Shown here one piece after another: positions 39,201-53,204 of a stretch of 64,000 nt of DNA. A model generated the notes under the pieces. The model was not told the DNA's origin, searched no databases, and saw only the letters and a list, made by a program, of their open reading frames with translations. The DNA is from Azolla caroliniana (Eukaryota; Plantae; Polypodiophyta), in the NCBI GenBank assembly GCA_043228905.1, contig JBHGNT010000014.1:20336001-20400000 (forward strand). Reading direction: 5' to 3'. Every line of letters starts with the position of its first letter. Within the stretch, counting starts at the first letter, position 1. The position numbers were made by a program, and so were the translations under genes.

Positions 39201-42200
39201 CTCCATTTAGACACATTATATGCCAGAATAAGATATGGAAAAAGGATCCGCATCCAGTGCTTCAAGGCCATGCTTTTTTCACAGTAGAAGTTCTTTTTAA
39301 TATGGAATTTACCTCTTCAAATATTACAGGCCGTAAAGATGATTTAAGCAAATCTGGATCATATTTCTGAGGAAGGTTGGAAGAATCATCTTTGTCATGC
39401 CATCTGTTATTATATATTTGTATACTTTTAATGACATGATTTCTAAAAAACATAGGACAACACCTCGTCTGTCCTTCTTCCACAGCAGGTAAGGAAATCT
39501 TCTTAATCACAGAAGGGCGGGCCTTCTTTTCACTTTTCTCGTTTTTTTTGTCTTGTTTTTTGCCTTCCTCTATAAATTCCATTTTAGGAGGGGGATCGAG
39601 TATATATTTACTACCACCTTCATCTGGTTTTGGAAATGTGGGATAATAACCTGTCTCTGGGTTACGATTTTCAAGTAGCCATTTATTTATTTCCTCCTGT
39701 ATGATTTCACGCATTTCTTGGCCTTCTAACTCTTTTAGCTTCTCTTTCGCAAATGCAAACGCTTCATCATAGTTCAGTTTATTCAAAGCTTGAATGCTCT
39801 TTCGCCTTTGCATGTTCTCCCTCATTTTCTCATAAACCTTTTCCCTTTCAGGATTATGCCAAAGTTCACTCATGCCTGCCTTTAAAATAAGGATTAATTA
39901 AATGTAAGAATTTTCGTAACATTCCAAAATTTTAATATATCCAAGAATGAAACATAGGAATCTAGAACATAACCTATTTTGCTAGCTACATAGGGTACTT
40001 GTTAGCATCAAATTTAGATATAATGCTAGAATTGTAGTCTCATTTTCTTCATCTAGGATTTTCCTATACACCATGAGGTAATACAGCATAAATGCTTCCG
40101 TACATGTGTTTATATTGTAAAATATGATTGCAGAACAAAACATGTAGAACAAGGCTATTTTTCGAGATCATGGCATGCAGGCTATTTCTTTCAATTTTGC
40201 CACTTCTTCTGTAAATCCTATGATATGAGAAAATCCTATTATTACACATGGTCACACATTATCAGACTAGGTTACAGTGTCTTTGATCAAATAGTAAGTC
40301 AAGCTGAAACTAAATTCAGGATTTTAGTGCATAAGAAATTTCTAGAAATCATGTTAACCAAAAGCCAAATTTACCAATTAGAATCAACTCCTTCTCTGCA
40401 CTGTGCTTCACACGGCATCTCCCAAGGAAACCTCGAGCTCTGCATAGAGTGGTCAAGGTTTGGTCATGTAATACAAAATATACTCCTGCATAATATTTGC
40501 ATTCTCTGTGTTAGGAATAAATCATCATTGTTTCTGTGGATACAAAGCCTGTATTTTCCTAGCAGCAGCTTCTGGAGAAAGAGCTTCCCCTCCTGAATGC
40601 TTATGATGTAGTTCCTCTTCTTGCATTTTTCTGTGAATTTTATTACAAAGTTAAAATATTGTCCTAATATGGAAGGATGAATCCTAATGTTATTTAACCA
40701 GCTATGTTTTTAATTTGTCTTATCTGAAAGCATTAAATCAATTTCATACTTTATTTTGAACAATTCTGCAATTCTTTTCCGGCTTTGACGTCCCCTCTCG
40801 CAAGCCTGTAAGTTAAGATTCTCTAAGTAAATTTGTACTTCATAATTTACTAATTTATGTACAACTTGACATACAGGAGCGCTGGATGACCTGAATAATT
40901 CCAATAGCGACTTCCTTGGACATAGTGGATTCATTTACAGAAGGCAAGTCCTGCTTATTTGTTTCCACACGTGTACTTTCCTACAAAAAAATTGCATGTC
41001 ACATAATGCTATGACATGATCGCATTAAAATATTGAATACCTTTACAGGAAGGCAAAGGATCCCTTCATATTCTTAACTATTTCCAATCCTTCTAATAAG
41101 AATCTAGTCCATTAGCTTTTAGATTATAGCATTACATCCCTTCTACTCAAAACTAGAAGTAAATAAGTGTCTTCCTCTTTAATGTACCCTAGATACATTG
41201 TAGAATCTTTAACACATAATGATGATTTTTTGACCCTTATTAACGATATGAATTATCTTGACTACAGCAGATTAAACCAAGCTAGTTTGCAAAGAAAAGG
41301 TAACAACGAGTCACCACCAAGATATGCAAAGATTGATGTGGCAATTTCATTCCCATTTCAATTTCTTACATGCCAAGCAATTCTTCTAATTCATATGAGA
41401 CAACCGCCAATCGATAACTCTGGTATATAACTTGATCTAACCTTTTGACAGTAGGCAGAGAATATTCAATAACAAGTCAAGACTATACGTTGGGGATGCA
41501 GGCCCCAAGGACTCTCTTTTTGTATATTTTGACCCTTCCATGTGAGAGCTCCCTTCGAGAGCTTTCTAGACACATCTTTACTATATTTTTGGCCCCAACT
41601 TGGGGGGTTATAGGCATTTACATTACCTTTATAACTTTTGGCCATGTGTGAACCTGCCCAAATGACCCAAAAGTTACTTATCAATAAGAATTGGTCCCAA
41701 AACTCTCATGATGAGATAGGGACTTTAGTGGCTAGGGTTTCCTCTCCATTTTCTGCATAGTTTTCTCTACTTTCTCTCCTCACATAACATCCCACTTCCT
41801 TAGGTTTTGGATCTAAGCACGCCACCATCATCATCTCTCTCATATGCATAACTCAATTATTATTGTTATAACTTATTATATTGTGAAATTCCAATATTGA
41901 AACATATGAATTGAGGGTATACCAGTAGTTGCTTCTGAGCTTGCAATGTTGCAGAGTTGTCATCGACCATAAACCGTGGATGTGGGACTTCCACGGCTTC
42001 AGCACCCAAATCTAAATCTTTCTGTCGCAACCATATGTGAATCATTTTTATTCGACGAAAGAAAAAGGTAAACCAAATAGGTTTTTGCATAAATGAATTG
42101 CACTTGCCAAAATTGGGTAGAAATCCAAAAACTCTGAGCCTTTATTCAAGTATACAATCCACTGTACCAGAGATGAGCAGAATTAAATTATGGATGAATT

Positions 42201-44751
42201 TATTTGACCTTAGACAAATCACACATTCCAAAAAATAAATGTCTTGTAATAAACTTTAGGAGGTTGTAGATTAAAGCCCAAATGAGAAGCAATCCAATCT
42301 CTAGCCAATAACCTGTTCAAGAATGTGGTCAGGGCTTTCTTTATCTATGAGTAAAGAAGATGCCATTGCACTTATGCTTCCTATTCACGGTTGAGACACT
42401 ATCCTTAAAAGTGGTTTTACTACTAAGATTCAGAGAACAAACACATCTTCAAAATATCTGGTTGAGGGTTTAAGAGTGAAGAAGATTCTTCATCAAGACA
42501 GATTAACGGTGTACATATTCATGTGCTTAGTCGATTCTGAACTTCACTGCATTCTAACATTTTGAACATACAGGGTCATCATACTCACATGTTTCAATTC
42601 CAAAATCCGCCCAATACATGTCTCTAGGGTTCTCCTTAGATCAATGCGTTTTTGTGCATGAATGATCTGCAGAATGCAGAGAGGACTTGAATATCAACTA
42701 AAAAATGAACTCTGCAAAAGTGGAACAAGAAGCCTAGCTGCTTCTTATTTATTCTTCTTACTACAAGGTCATAATGTCACCTGATCATAGCAATCTTCTA
42801 GTTTCTTGTAAATCTGTATATATCTCAAATACAAAGAGGACGATTCTATTAACCCCTGTAAGAAGCATTTTAAATTCATTAGTCTCACAACGTAAATAAA
42901 TTACACAAGGTGTACCTATGAAAGAGTACTCTCACAAGTTCTACAAATGGTGCTGTAAAGATAAACATGCATCACCACCAGAAGAAAGATTGAGGCTATG
43001 GCAGGTACATAACTAATTGGACTGATATGAATTAAAAATCTACAAACGAGCAGAATTCTACATAGAAAGAGTTTTCCTTGTAAAGGGAATCAGGAATAGC
43101 TTTACATTCCCATTTGGTGCCTAATCATGAAGAAAGATGATCAAATTTCTATATCTTAAGTGTGCTAGGTCTAACCTGCAATTCATGAACAAAAACAAGG
43201 GCTACCTATTGCATTTCTCACAACTAAACTAACCTTTCTTACTGTTAAGGCATAACCTGAGAGAGGAATTTTAATGGATTTAAGAGTAAGAAAATTGGAA
43301 AACTGGTTATCCCAGGACTCAGAGACAACCCATAAGGATCAAGGACACGTAGAAACAAATGGCAGACTGGGATCCTAAGGATTTCAACTATATAAAGGGA
43401 ACTAGTAACCTCTTCGACATGACAACTCAGAGACATTGTAAAAACTTTAATGCAAAGCTCTTGTATTTCAGAACCATCATTGGCTTACTTCTGCCATATA
43501 ACATAAGATCATAATCGGTGGTATGGGATACTGACGGAGTTCCATATTTGTGTCTTGTCACATACCTGACCCACATGACCAGAGGGTTAGCAGACAGCAG
43601 TTGGCCCAAAGAAAGTCGGGGATTGATTCTTGGGGCTTTAGAGACTGACATGCAAAGTAGATTCCTCCTTTACAATATTTTCATTCAGGAGCTTTTGCCC
43701 CAGTAAGATGCCTTGGAGAAAAGAAAAGTCTACCTAAATTTGCTCTTGGGCCTTTTCTTCACGTTTCTATTCACTGGGTGCCTCTATGTTATCTTACTAT
43801 CTTGATGCACTCCAATTACACTAGTTATGCGCGTCTATGTCATCCCATTACTCACTGGTGCTCATCTCTGTTTAGGAAGGAAAATCAAGTAGAAACCCTT
43901 TATTTATTTGTATATTTCACCTAGGAAACCCACCCCATGCACTAGCATTTATCAAACCTATGTGCCCAATACCTTGTCTTTCGTGATATATCTTGTCTTT
44001 GACGATGTACCTGATCTTTGGCGATTCCACAACATGGGGGATGGATCCCGTTTCCAAAGCAACTAGGTGGTTAGCACAATCTGAAATATGTCCAATTCCC
44101 TCTGTGTAACCCATGATCAAAACGATAATTCCCAATTAGACCAATCAAGCTTCAACACTCTCTCAACCATCATCCCACCGCCAAAATGGAACTTTTGATT
44201 GTCATTGCAGACTAGTTTTTGCATGAACTTCGTAATTATGTTCTTGCACGTGTTCATAATTCATTCAGTGATTTTGTTGATGATGAAAGGACAGAAACAT
44301 CTTTGTTTGATTGTTGTACTTACACACGTCAAAGATCCTCATGATCATTCATTAGGGGAGCATACATTACAGATTTATAAATTGACAATCATTATGTGTT
44401 GTAAAATGTTTTTATGAGCAATACCATATCACCCTTTATACCATCATCTTGAACAACTTTGGATAAATCTCGCATCACCTCTTCCAATTGAATATCAAAC
44501 GTTCTATATCAAAAAGGATAAACAGAATAGATTTCTTAAACCCATGCAAATCAAAACATATCTACGTCTTTCAAGAAAGCATATTTGAAACGGAATTGCA
44601 GACTTAGGGTTTCGAAATCGTTCACGAATGGAATGGAGCAGCAAGTCATAAATAAGAATTAACAAACAAAAGAAACGGAATCACCTAATCTGTATCGATA
44701 ATATAAGAAATGAGGGGAAGATGGGTGAGGTTGAACTAACATGTGAGACAT
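36257..44751 (-). CDS. DRC11: Dynein regulatory complex subunit 11 (IQ motif and AAA ATPase domain protein), 18 exons, about 811 aa
   Basis: Exons are 44751-44741, 44503-44425, 42855-42781, 42666-42589, 42161-42108, 42021-41923, 40980-40891, 40805-40750, 40630-40544, 40439-40375, 39875-39313, 39111-38761, 38506-38384, 38296-38132, 37139-36996, 36886-36653, 36570-36481 and 36328-36257; total 2436 nt in frame. IQCA1-type motifs: YLRYIQIYKKLEDCYDQIIHAQKR, IIQACERGRQ, IQ motif IQALARGFLGR, VRLEVD, Walker A GGEANGKT, GKYPG, Walker B IYIDEVE, PGDRVLLVGTS, PYPDYTSRVLLW. A small extra exon in 41000-41900 cannot be excluded. Confidence 0.92.
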
Positions 44752-45049
44752 TTGTCGCCGAGTCGCAGCCGAATTTCTTTATGGCGATGATTTGCTGTAT
44801 GTGAAGAAGAAGAAGAAGATGATGATGATGATGATGATGAAGAAGAACGGGTTCATATTTTTGCGAAAGTATAATCTTTCTCTTCAAAAAACACACACAC
44901 ACACACAATAAACAAAATAAAGAAAAGAAAAGAAGAGGAGGAAGAGGAAGAAGAATTATATTTATTTACACATATACCCCTACACAAATGCACAAAAAAA
45001 CAAAAAAAAAAGGTTGTGCGCGTGTTTTGAGAAATTCTGAATGTACCCC

Positions 45050-46000
45050 TCTCCTTGTGTCCAAGTGCTCTTTTTGCCTCCAGAATTTCTCCCCATGGAT
45101 GGATATCATATGGAGAAGCACTAGCCTTTGAGAGCCAATCGTTTCCGTGGCTCAGACATTGTACAACCTCATTACTGAGAGATGACCATCACATTTGGAA
45201 CTTCATGTACCATGTGTGAGGGTTGTTTAAGGACTTGTGATAAGGGAATAGCTTGTATCATAAATCAAAGGCAAATGGCCGTGGACAATCAAGGGATGAA
45301 TCAAGCATGCGCCAATTTGGTGAAATCACGAAAATTTAGGGACTTTTTGGGGAATAAAAGAACACCCCAAAGGATGAGTCAATTGAAGCTAGGTTATTGT
45401 CATATTCACAAGGGTACCTAGAGAACTTGATGTGAAAGGGTAAATTTGGTTGGAAAACAAGCTTGACCAAATTTGCACATAGTTCTCATCATCTTTGGAA
45501 TTCACCTGTAAGCCTTTAACTCTCTTTTTCTATTATTTAGCCTTAATTCCCCAAATACTTTATTTGACAGCATTGGGATGAATCACATATGTCAATATTT
45601 CCAAAATCTAAAGAAAGAAGTCACCATACTCTAACACTCTTAGCCAAGCTTATGGAATGTTTAACTAAACGAAGAGTGGGATTGTCATAAGTTTTGAGGT
45701 TGTCTTGGATAGAAGACTTTGCCACAATTAATGGGAGGAGGGGTTGTGTTATTTCAAAAGGGGAAATATTAATGTTCAAAAGGGCAAATTTAGATAGTTT
45801 TCATGTCATCAATTCATGGGACACGTTTTCAAGACGTGAACAAGTTTTTAACAAGATTTTGAGGATGTTGGAAGGAGGGGAAATGGGTTCTCAAAAGTTT
45901 GTAATTTCAACAATGCCACATATATGCGTTTCTAAATTTGAAGTCTATGTGATGTCCAAATTAGTATACGACCATTGGCTAATATTACCTACATTTGAGA
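45050..46000 (-). mobile_element. Possible highly decayed L1 remnant upstream of DRC11
   Basis: Only scattered minus-strand fragments resemble the L1 ORF2 C-terminus (W-rich, STAICL.F-like). No long ORF is present. Confidence 0.3.
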
Positions 46001-47310
46001 ACCTTTAAATTATCCTAACATTAATAATTATACATGTATGCATAACCCATATGAGTGTTGGTGCTACCAAAATATCATTCAATCAATTGCACCTCATGTG
46101 ATGGAATAAATATTTTGACTTTATGGATCAATGGAGTTGCAATGTCCTCACGCTGTTTTGCGCTAAAAGATGATGTTTTGGGAGATTTTTCAAAAGTATT
46201 GCAAATAATCCATGACATATGATAAAGCTAGTGTCAATTGCCTCACTTTTGATATTATATTGCAACTAATAGTCCATAAGGTTTCACATGAGCAAGGTAT
46301 CAAGTATTCTTGTCTTCTACCTTTGTTGAAGCTCAAGAGATAGTAAAAAAATATTTACAATGAAGATATTGAGCCACTGTGTCGGCAACTATGCCCATGT
46401 TCTAGAGACAATAAAGGTGATAGAAAGGGATCACATAAGATAGAATGCAACACCCACCTCGATAGATTAATTGCATTATTCCTAGTTATATCTTTATTTT
46501 CGAGAAACATCTGGCCATCTATAAATTTGGTATTATATGTTCTTGCACAATTATAATTCAAACACCACCCAACTCTACCAAATTCCTTGAATGTTTTGCA
46601 TTCCCTATTTTTAATCGAAGTATTGCCTTTGGTCTACTTTGTTCTCAAAGAGAACACCACAATATTTTGCTTTTCAACATTAAAATTCTGAATTGTCTAA
46701 TGTATTTGTTTGGATATATTCAATCATAGTTGTAACGTCATTCTTTAAAAACAAGATCAAAATTTTGTCCTTTTGTCGAGGCTCTCTAGTATCGATAGGG
46801 CTTAGGAACTATTATTTTCCTTATGTATAATGGGAATTTGGCCTACTACAATAGAAAGGATGCAAAGGTGAGGTTTATTTTAATAAGCTTGGATGGTTAT
46901 AACATATGAAAGAATTGTAGTTTGTAGTAGAGTTGCATAAGTTTGTAGTAAAATTTGCTTGAACACGATGGAAATCTCACGCAAGGAACATAAGCCTACC
47001 AGTTCATGGGTTGATGGATACATTGGCCTACCTTTGGTGTTGTAAGGAATCCATAGTTCATATATCCATATACTAGTTGGAAACAAGGCGGTAAATTTAT
47101 TCATGGTATGTAAAAGCGAGGCCTTGTTCAAGGTGGGGTGAGATCAACAATTTTTTTTACAAATTGAGCCAAGGCATACGTTACAAGGTGTATACATTAA
47201 GGATGACCAAGTAGGACAAAACGTAATATTTACAAAAAAACTGTGCAAATCGTAGACAAGAAACACGTTCCACGAAGGGTGATTGTATAATGTAGGACTT
47301 ATTATGAACA

Positions 47311-48781
47311 CTAGAAGCTACTCATGTATGCTGATGATGCGACTGAACCTACGGAATTTGAAGAATTTATATCAGAATGGATCATCCCATTAGATTTGGT
47401 CCTTTGGGTTACATAATCTCCATCATAGCTTTTAGTGAACACAACTTCTTCCTCATGTATTATGTTACCATATTCATATCCAGATTGTTTACAAATATTT
47501 AGGAGTGTTCCAGCCACTTCCTTCATTGGCGGTCGATCGTCTTTCTCTTCTTGAAGACAAGTGAACGCAAGTTCGAGCACGGATTTGACCATTTTTTCCA
47601 CTTGTGGATCGTTTGCAATATCCAAAGAGGGGTCCACAAGCTCCTTCCAAACCCCACTCGCAATCTTTGTTAATGCTAGACTTGAAAGATTTATCTCCCC
47701 CCTTTTCCTAGACGTGTCCACAGCGGCTTGGGCAGACACAAGCTCAACAAGCACAACCCCGAAGCTATAGACGTCGCTTTTATCCGTGAGTTGATAGCAC
47801 TTGTGATAGTCTGGATCTACATACCCAGGGGTCCCTTGAGGAGCTGTCGAAATGTGAGTCACGTTGAGTGGCACAAGCCTTGAAAGCCCGAAATCGGCCA
47901 CTTTCACATGCAATTCATCATCTAGCAAGAGGTTTGTTGTTTTCACATCCCGGTGATATATGGGCGGGTGAACATTGTTGTGAAGATAAGATAAAGCTTG
48001 TGCAGTTTCACAAGCTATGCCAAGTCGAACCTTCCATGATAAAGTGCTTGATGACGTCCCGCCCGAATTTTCACTGTGAAGTTGATCCCACACCGTGCCT
48101 TTTGACGCATACTCGAAGACTAGCAACAAGTCTCGGTCGTCTTGACAACAGAAACCATATAGCCTCACCAGGTTCGGGTGGCGGAAGCTCGACAGGATCT
48201 GCATCTCATTGTAGAATTGATCCATCCTCCGGAAGTTGTCATGGTAGAGCCTCTTGATGGCCACCTTGTGTCCATTGGGGAGGACCCCTAGGAACACGAC
48301 GCCGAACCCTCCATCTCCTATCATGTTATCCTCGGAGAACGAGCCCGTGGCATTCACGAGTTCTTCGTACGCGAACTCTTTCACGTTCGGGGAGATGGGG
48401 CCAAACTTGGAGGAAAGAGTGAGGGCTCGCCGTGTCCACAACTTGTTGTTGTTGTGGCTAGACTTGCGAGGAGTGTCAGCACCACCTTCGCCTAGGCCTA
48501 GGGGGAGACCTCGCCTATGCTTCCACTCTTGCCGATGTAGGTATCGTCGTCTTCTTCTTCGCAAGAGTATCACCAAGGCCAAGATGAAGCCCACTACTCC
48601 TAGGGTTATACCTAGCCCTAGGACTATCTTCTTCCATAACCCTAGAACATCTCAAGGTATCACACCACACACATACATACTTAGTCTCATGTCACATGTG
48701 CCTCCTGTCTGAAGTAAATAAAAAGAAGAAGCTGTAGCTACTGCTAGCTAGCTTTCATGAAATAAATGGACATGAAAGAGA

Positions 48782-48820
<39 letters not shown>

Positions 48821-49836
48821 GATTACAGTTGCATACCTGCATGAGGACAGACAGTCGAGGTGATCTTACTCCCGTTGGAACAAATGCATTGGAAATCTGA
48901 ATCAGTTGATGATGAGTCATAGCCACAGTTACCACCAGATTGTTGGCAGCTTACACATTTTTCACTGTTAGAGAGCTTATTATCTTGCCATGTGAGTTGA
49001 ATCATCCCGAATTTCCATTGGGGATAATCCTTTGCCTCCAGACTGTCTTCGGTAGGGCTCACGATCAATTGGAAATGCGAGCATTTCTTGGTTTTCATCA
49101 TGGAAGGAACTTCCAATTCCTGTTGTGGATGCAGCTGCATGCATCTGGTCGTATTATAGAGGTCCTGCGAAAAATGGCTGGGATCACTACAATTGGCAGT
49201 ATAATTTTGGCAGGCAGTGGTATTTTGGTGCTTGGGATCGGGGGTGGAGCAATTGAAGAGCAAAAAGATGTTATTACGAGAGAAGTTGAAGCTCTTCAAC
49301 ATGTGATCGGCCTCTAAATTTATGCTGGAACTGGGGAGGTATTGACCTAATTGGGCTGAGGGAATCGGCTGGCAAATCTGTGAGTTGTTCTCGCTCGAGC
49401 CGGAGGTAGAGTAGTTATAATCAACTTTTGAATTCCAGGTAAGGCTGATGTAGTTACTGTCAGAAATGACTTTACCCTTCCTAATGCCAATCACAATGGC
49501 ACCTGTTTCTCGTTTTGTTTCATCAGAATGGAGGGTGCGATTGAGTCCGCTCCATTGGAGAGAACTGCTGGAATTGTACGAGAAGCGGAACGCGGAGGAT
49601 GCACCGCAACCTTCTTCGATTCCGAAGGGGTACGAGACTTGGATCGGCGGAATCGCATTCGAAACAGTGAAATTCTGAGGCAGGCATCCGGAGTTCTTAT
49701 TAGATCCACCTTCTGCAATCGCCATGGCCATGGCCATGGCACTGAAGAAGAAGACCAAGGAGGAGGACCAAGGAGAATCCTCCATGGCAGGAGGTACTAT
49801 GTGACAGCTTGGGAACCCTTTCCTTCTTCCATTCAT
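47311..49836 (-). CDS. LRK10L/WAK-like receptor kinase (GUB_WAK_bind and WAK-associated Cys-rich ectodomain, transmembrane helix, RD Ser/Thr kinase)
   Basis: Exon 1 is 49836-48837 (or starts at Met 49785). It carries a signal-like hydrophobic stretch, C...VSYPFGIEEGCG, and CVSCQQSGGNCGYD...FQCIC. Exon 2 is 48641-47311: TM IVLGLGITLGVVGFILALVILL followed by RRRRRR, then GDGGFGVVF, VAIKRL, HPNLVRLYG, IYHRDVKTTN, DFGLSR, STAPQGTPGYVDPDY and YQLTDKSDVYSFGVVL. About 776 aa from the first Met. Confidence 0.93.
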
Positions 49837-50676
49837 TCTTTTTTCCTTTGATTCCCTACTTGATCTATCAGCCTGAGATCTCTTCCTCTTCTTCTTCTTC
49901 TTCTTCTTCTTCTTCTTGCTTATTTTTCTATTATCTATTTCTCTGGGTTTTGGTCATATGCTTGACTGGATCAAAAGCAAAACAGAGAAAATAGTACTTC
50001 CACAAGGAATATGTTAAAATTATGGTATCTCTTCTCGTGGGTCATCATGACACATAATCTTTTGGCTTTCTTTTTTTTCAAGCAATATATAGCCTTTGTT
50101 CCCATCATGTGTTCTAAACATGCTCAAGCCTCCTAGAGTTCCTTTTTACATAAGCCCCCTGTCCCATGTCTCGAACTTCATTAAGACATCAAACCCAAAA
50201 AACCCTTCTTCGTTATAATTGTTTGGCTCTGACTGAATAAGCTTCTTGTGAGTGTCGTTATTACAAGCTTTCTCAAAGTATGATCGTTGTCAATGTGAGT
50301 CATTGGAATACTGGTTTAAACGTTAAATTGTTTTTTTAAGTCTTTGGAAATGTTTCCCTTGGCTTGATGTCACACAAGTGGCTCGGTAAGAAAACATCTC
50401 TCTTGAGTTTGTGCATGTGCCCATGCAAGAATAAAAATGGGGAAGTTGTGCTTACATAATGAGCTTGTAATGTCTCAACCCCATGATTGATCATTTATTT
50501 GGTATCTCTCTTTATTTATAGCAACCACCCACAATCCCATGCATTTTCTTAAGAAGCATTACTTGTTATTAATGTATAAATAATGTTCTTAAATCCTTTA
50601 TTATGCTTCTTCAACACATATTCAAAACAATGGTTTCTAATTTCCAGCTTGGGAGACCATTCTACGTTAAGTTGAC

Positions 50677-51006
50677 TATGCTAATAGCTATGACCCTTCC
50701 ATCAAAAGCCATAACACCCTTGTGTATGCACTCTTATATCATATTGCCATTGTGATCGCTATAAGTATAATCAAACTCATTGACAAAGATATGTGCATGT
50801 ACAAAAGTATATCAAATTCCTTACCCATGGATAGAGACATTATGCTTTTAGCTATGACCCTTCCATCAAAAGCCATAACACCCTTGTGTATGCACTCCCG
50901 TATCATATTCCCATTGTGATCGCTATAAGTATAATCAAATTCATCGACAGAGACATGCACATGTACAAAAGTATTTCAAATTCCTTACCCATGGAGAGAG
51001 ACATTT
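50677..51006. repeat. Tandem duplication, 164 bp x2, upstream of the receptor kinase
   Basis: TATGCT..TAGCTATGACCCTTCCATCAAAAGCCATAACACCCTTGTGTATGCACTC...AAATTCCTTACCCATGGA.AGAGACATT starts at 50677 and 50841. Confidence 0.92.
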
Positions 51007-53204
51007 GTGTGTGCGTGTTACTGGGACCTATTATAAAATTCACAAAATAGAAACATATAATATGATCAATACTTCGAAATTTGAACCAAAAAAACAATAA
51101 GATGCTCAAAAATATAGTACTTATAAAAACGTGGAGAAGAGGTCTAGTAGTAGGTGCCGCGCTTTCATAGTAGATCATTTCCACAATTCTCATCTGTAAA
51201 ATGTAAGACTTATACAAACGGGGAGAGGTCTTGAACTAGGTGCCAAGCTTTGACAATAGATAATTTGCACATTTCTCTTGGCATTATTCCAAACAATTCC
51301 AATCTAAAATACAATGTCAAGCCCATTTTCGCTAAACTTGTGTCATGTTTATTATCTCATGATAATTGCATCAAACCATCACACTTCTGCAATGGGTTGA
51401 TTTTTTTACACATCTACACTTGTGTACTCTCTAGTGGTATAGGAACATGACGCCTACAACAAAAACTTCAAATATATCCCTTGCACTAACATAGCATCCG
51501 CAGTAGTTTAAGAGAGATCACTAAACACAACATAGACCCCAAAAATAGTAAAGCAAAATGTCAACCAATAGCAATGCTAATAAATTTTAACATTAAGTGA
51601 TTTGTATGGTCCGAACTCGACATATAATATTTAAAATTTGAAAATGAGTTCGTATAATAAAATATCAAACTAAATTTGAAATAGCTTGATATAGTAATAT
51701 AATCCAAAGATATCTAAAATTTTAAAGCATGGCCCAATACCCTAGTGCAACGATGTGACAATGGACTCTCACAAGGTTCAGCATTGTTCATTTTTATGCA
51801 ATGGCTATCACTAACCTAGTCAATTTAAGAAATTTAGTACCTACAAACTGCAACAATGTTATTATGTATCTATGCACGCAAACATCGTATATACTTTATT
51901 TAAAAGAGAGCTATTAAAGACGCTGACCACAAGGTTTCTTCACAAACTTTAGTTATCTAATTCTGTTAAACAAAACTCTTCATTGCTATCAATATTATGA
52001 GAGAGATTATAATTCTTATTGAGAAAAATATATCAGGCATGTTTTGGTTGAAATTCTTACTTATATCTAGACTACCATGCTTGTTGGAATTTAGTAAATA
52101 TTGCGTGTTGATTGTTCTGCTTTGAAGCTGTCATCCAAAGACTGTTCTTCTTGAATCTGTCCAAAAAAATATGCCTTTCATTTCTATATACTACATCACC
52201 TACACATTGATGATATCAGCCCACATGAGGACCATACTTGAGCAAGGAGAGTAAATGAATTATAGTCAGAAAATCGTCTAAAACTGACAGTGAGTCCTCT
52301 TACAATCATAATGTACTTCCTCAACCTCATATTGTTAAAGATGCAAAGTTTCGCTTCTTTAAATACATGGACCCATTGTCTTAGGTTCAAATCACCTTCG
52401 CACTTTTTCTAGTTATACCTCATATTGCACGAGGGAACCTGAAAATACGGCAAAACCCCCTCATTTATAAAACAAGTGAGACCAAAAAGAAATAAATGTG
52501 AGACTAAAAATAGCATAGTTGTGCCATTCATCTCATTGAAGAGACAGCGAGCATATAACAATTGTCCTGATGAGATTTGAGAAAAATGATACACAGACTT
52601 GATGCATGTGTAGGCAAGAAACTTACCAGTACACAAGCGAATGGCTCAAGATACCTTGGTTGGATGCCAGAAGAGCCAACATAACATCTGAAATTGGAAA
52701 GCATTACTACATGCAAAATATTATATAAGAACGTGATCATATCAGATGTAGTAGAGTTTTGGTTGATTGGCCACACCTTATACATGTGGCAGGTGCAGTT
52801 TTCCATTAACATTGTAACACACCTTTTGACAATATCCCAAGTAATCATTTCATATGGAAAAGTTTCATCTTAGGCAACAAAGTTTTCCACACAATGAGCA
52901 AAATAGTCCTTTTATGCAGTGGCGTTTTCACGATTGCAGCAGACAATGGACACATGGAGTATTCAAGCAACAACAACAAAACAACTGAGCAGGAGAATGG
53001 CCGTTGTGTTTAGTGCCACCAATCTTCCATTAACAGACCTTTAAGCAATATCCCAAGTAAACATTACCAAAGGAAAAAGTCTTCGTTTACGCAACAAATG
53101 TTTCCACACCAACTTGTTTAGATCAAACCAAGGGAAAAGACAAAACCAATATTTTCAAGAAACAAAGCAGATATTTTAGGAACATTTCGAGTTTCAGAGG
53201 GCAA

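Noticed and set aside
41041-41110. Additional DRC11 exon ending at the AAG|GTATTC donor at 41040
   Set aside because: An in-frame stop lies 11 codons upstream, no phase-0 acceptor was found, and the resulting intron would be only 60 nt.
43243-43503. Solo LTR (TGTTA...TAACA with TATA-like motif) in DRC11 intron 2
   Set aside because: There is no matching target-site duplication, PBS or second copy in the window, so it is plausible but unsupported.
47561-49851. Plus-strand ORFs of 69-152 aa overlapping the kinase gene
   Set aside because: They are antisense shadows of a GC-richer coding region and carry no recognisable motifs.
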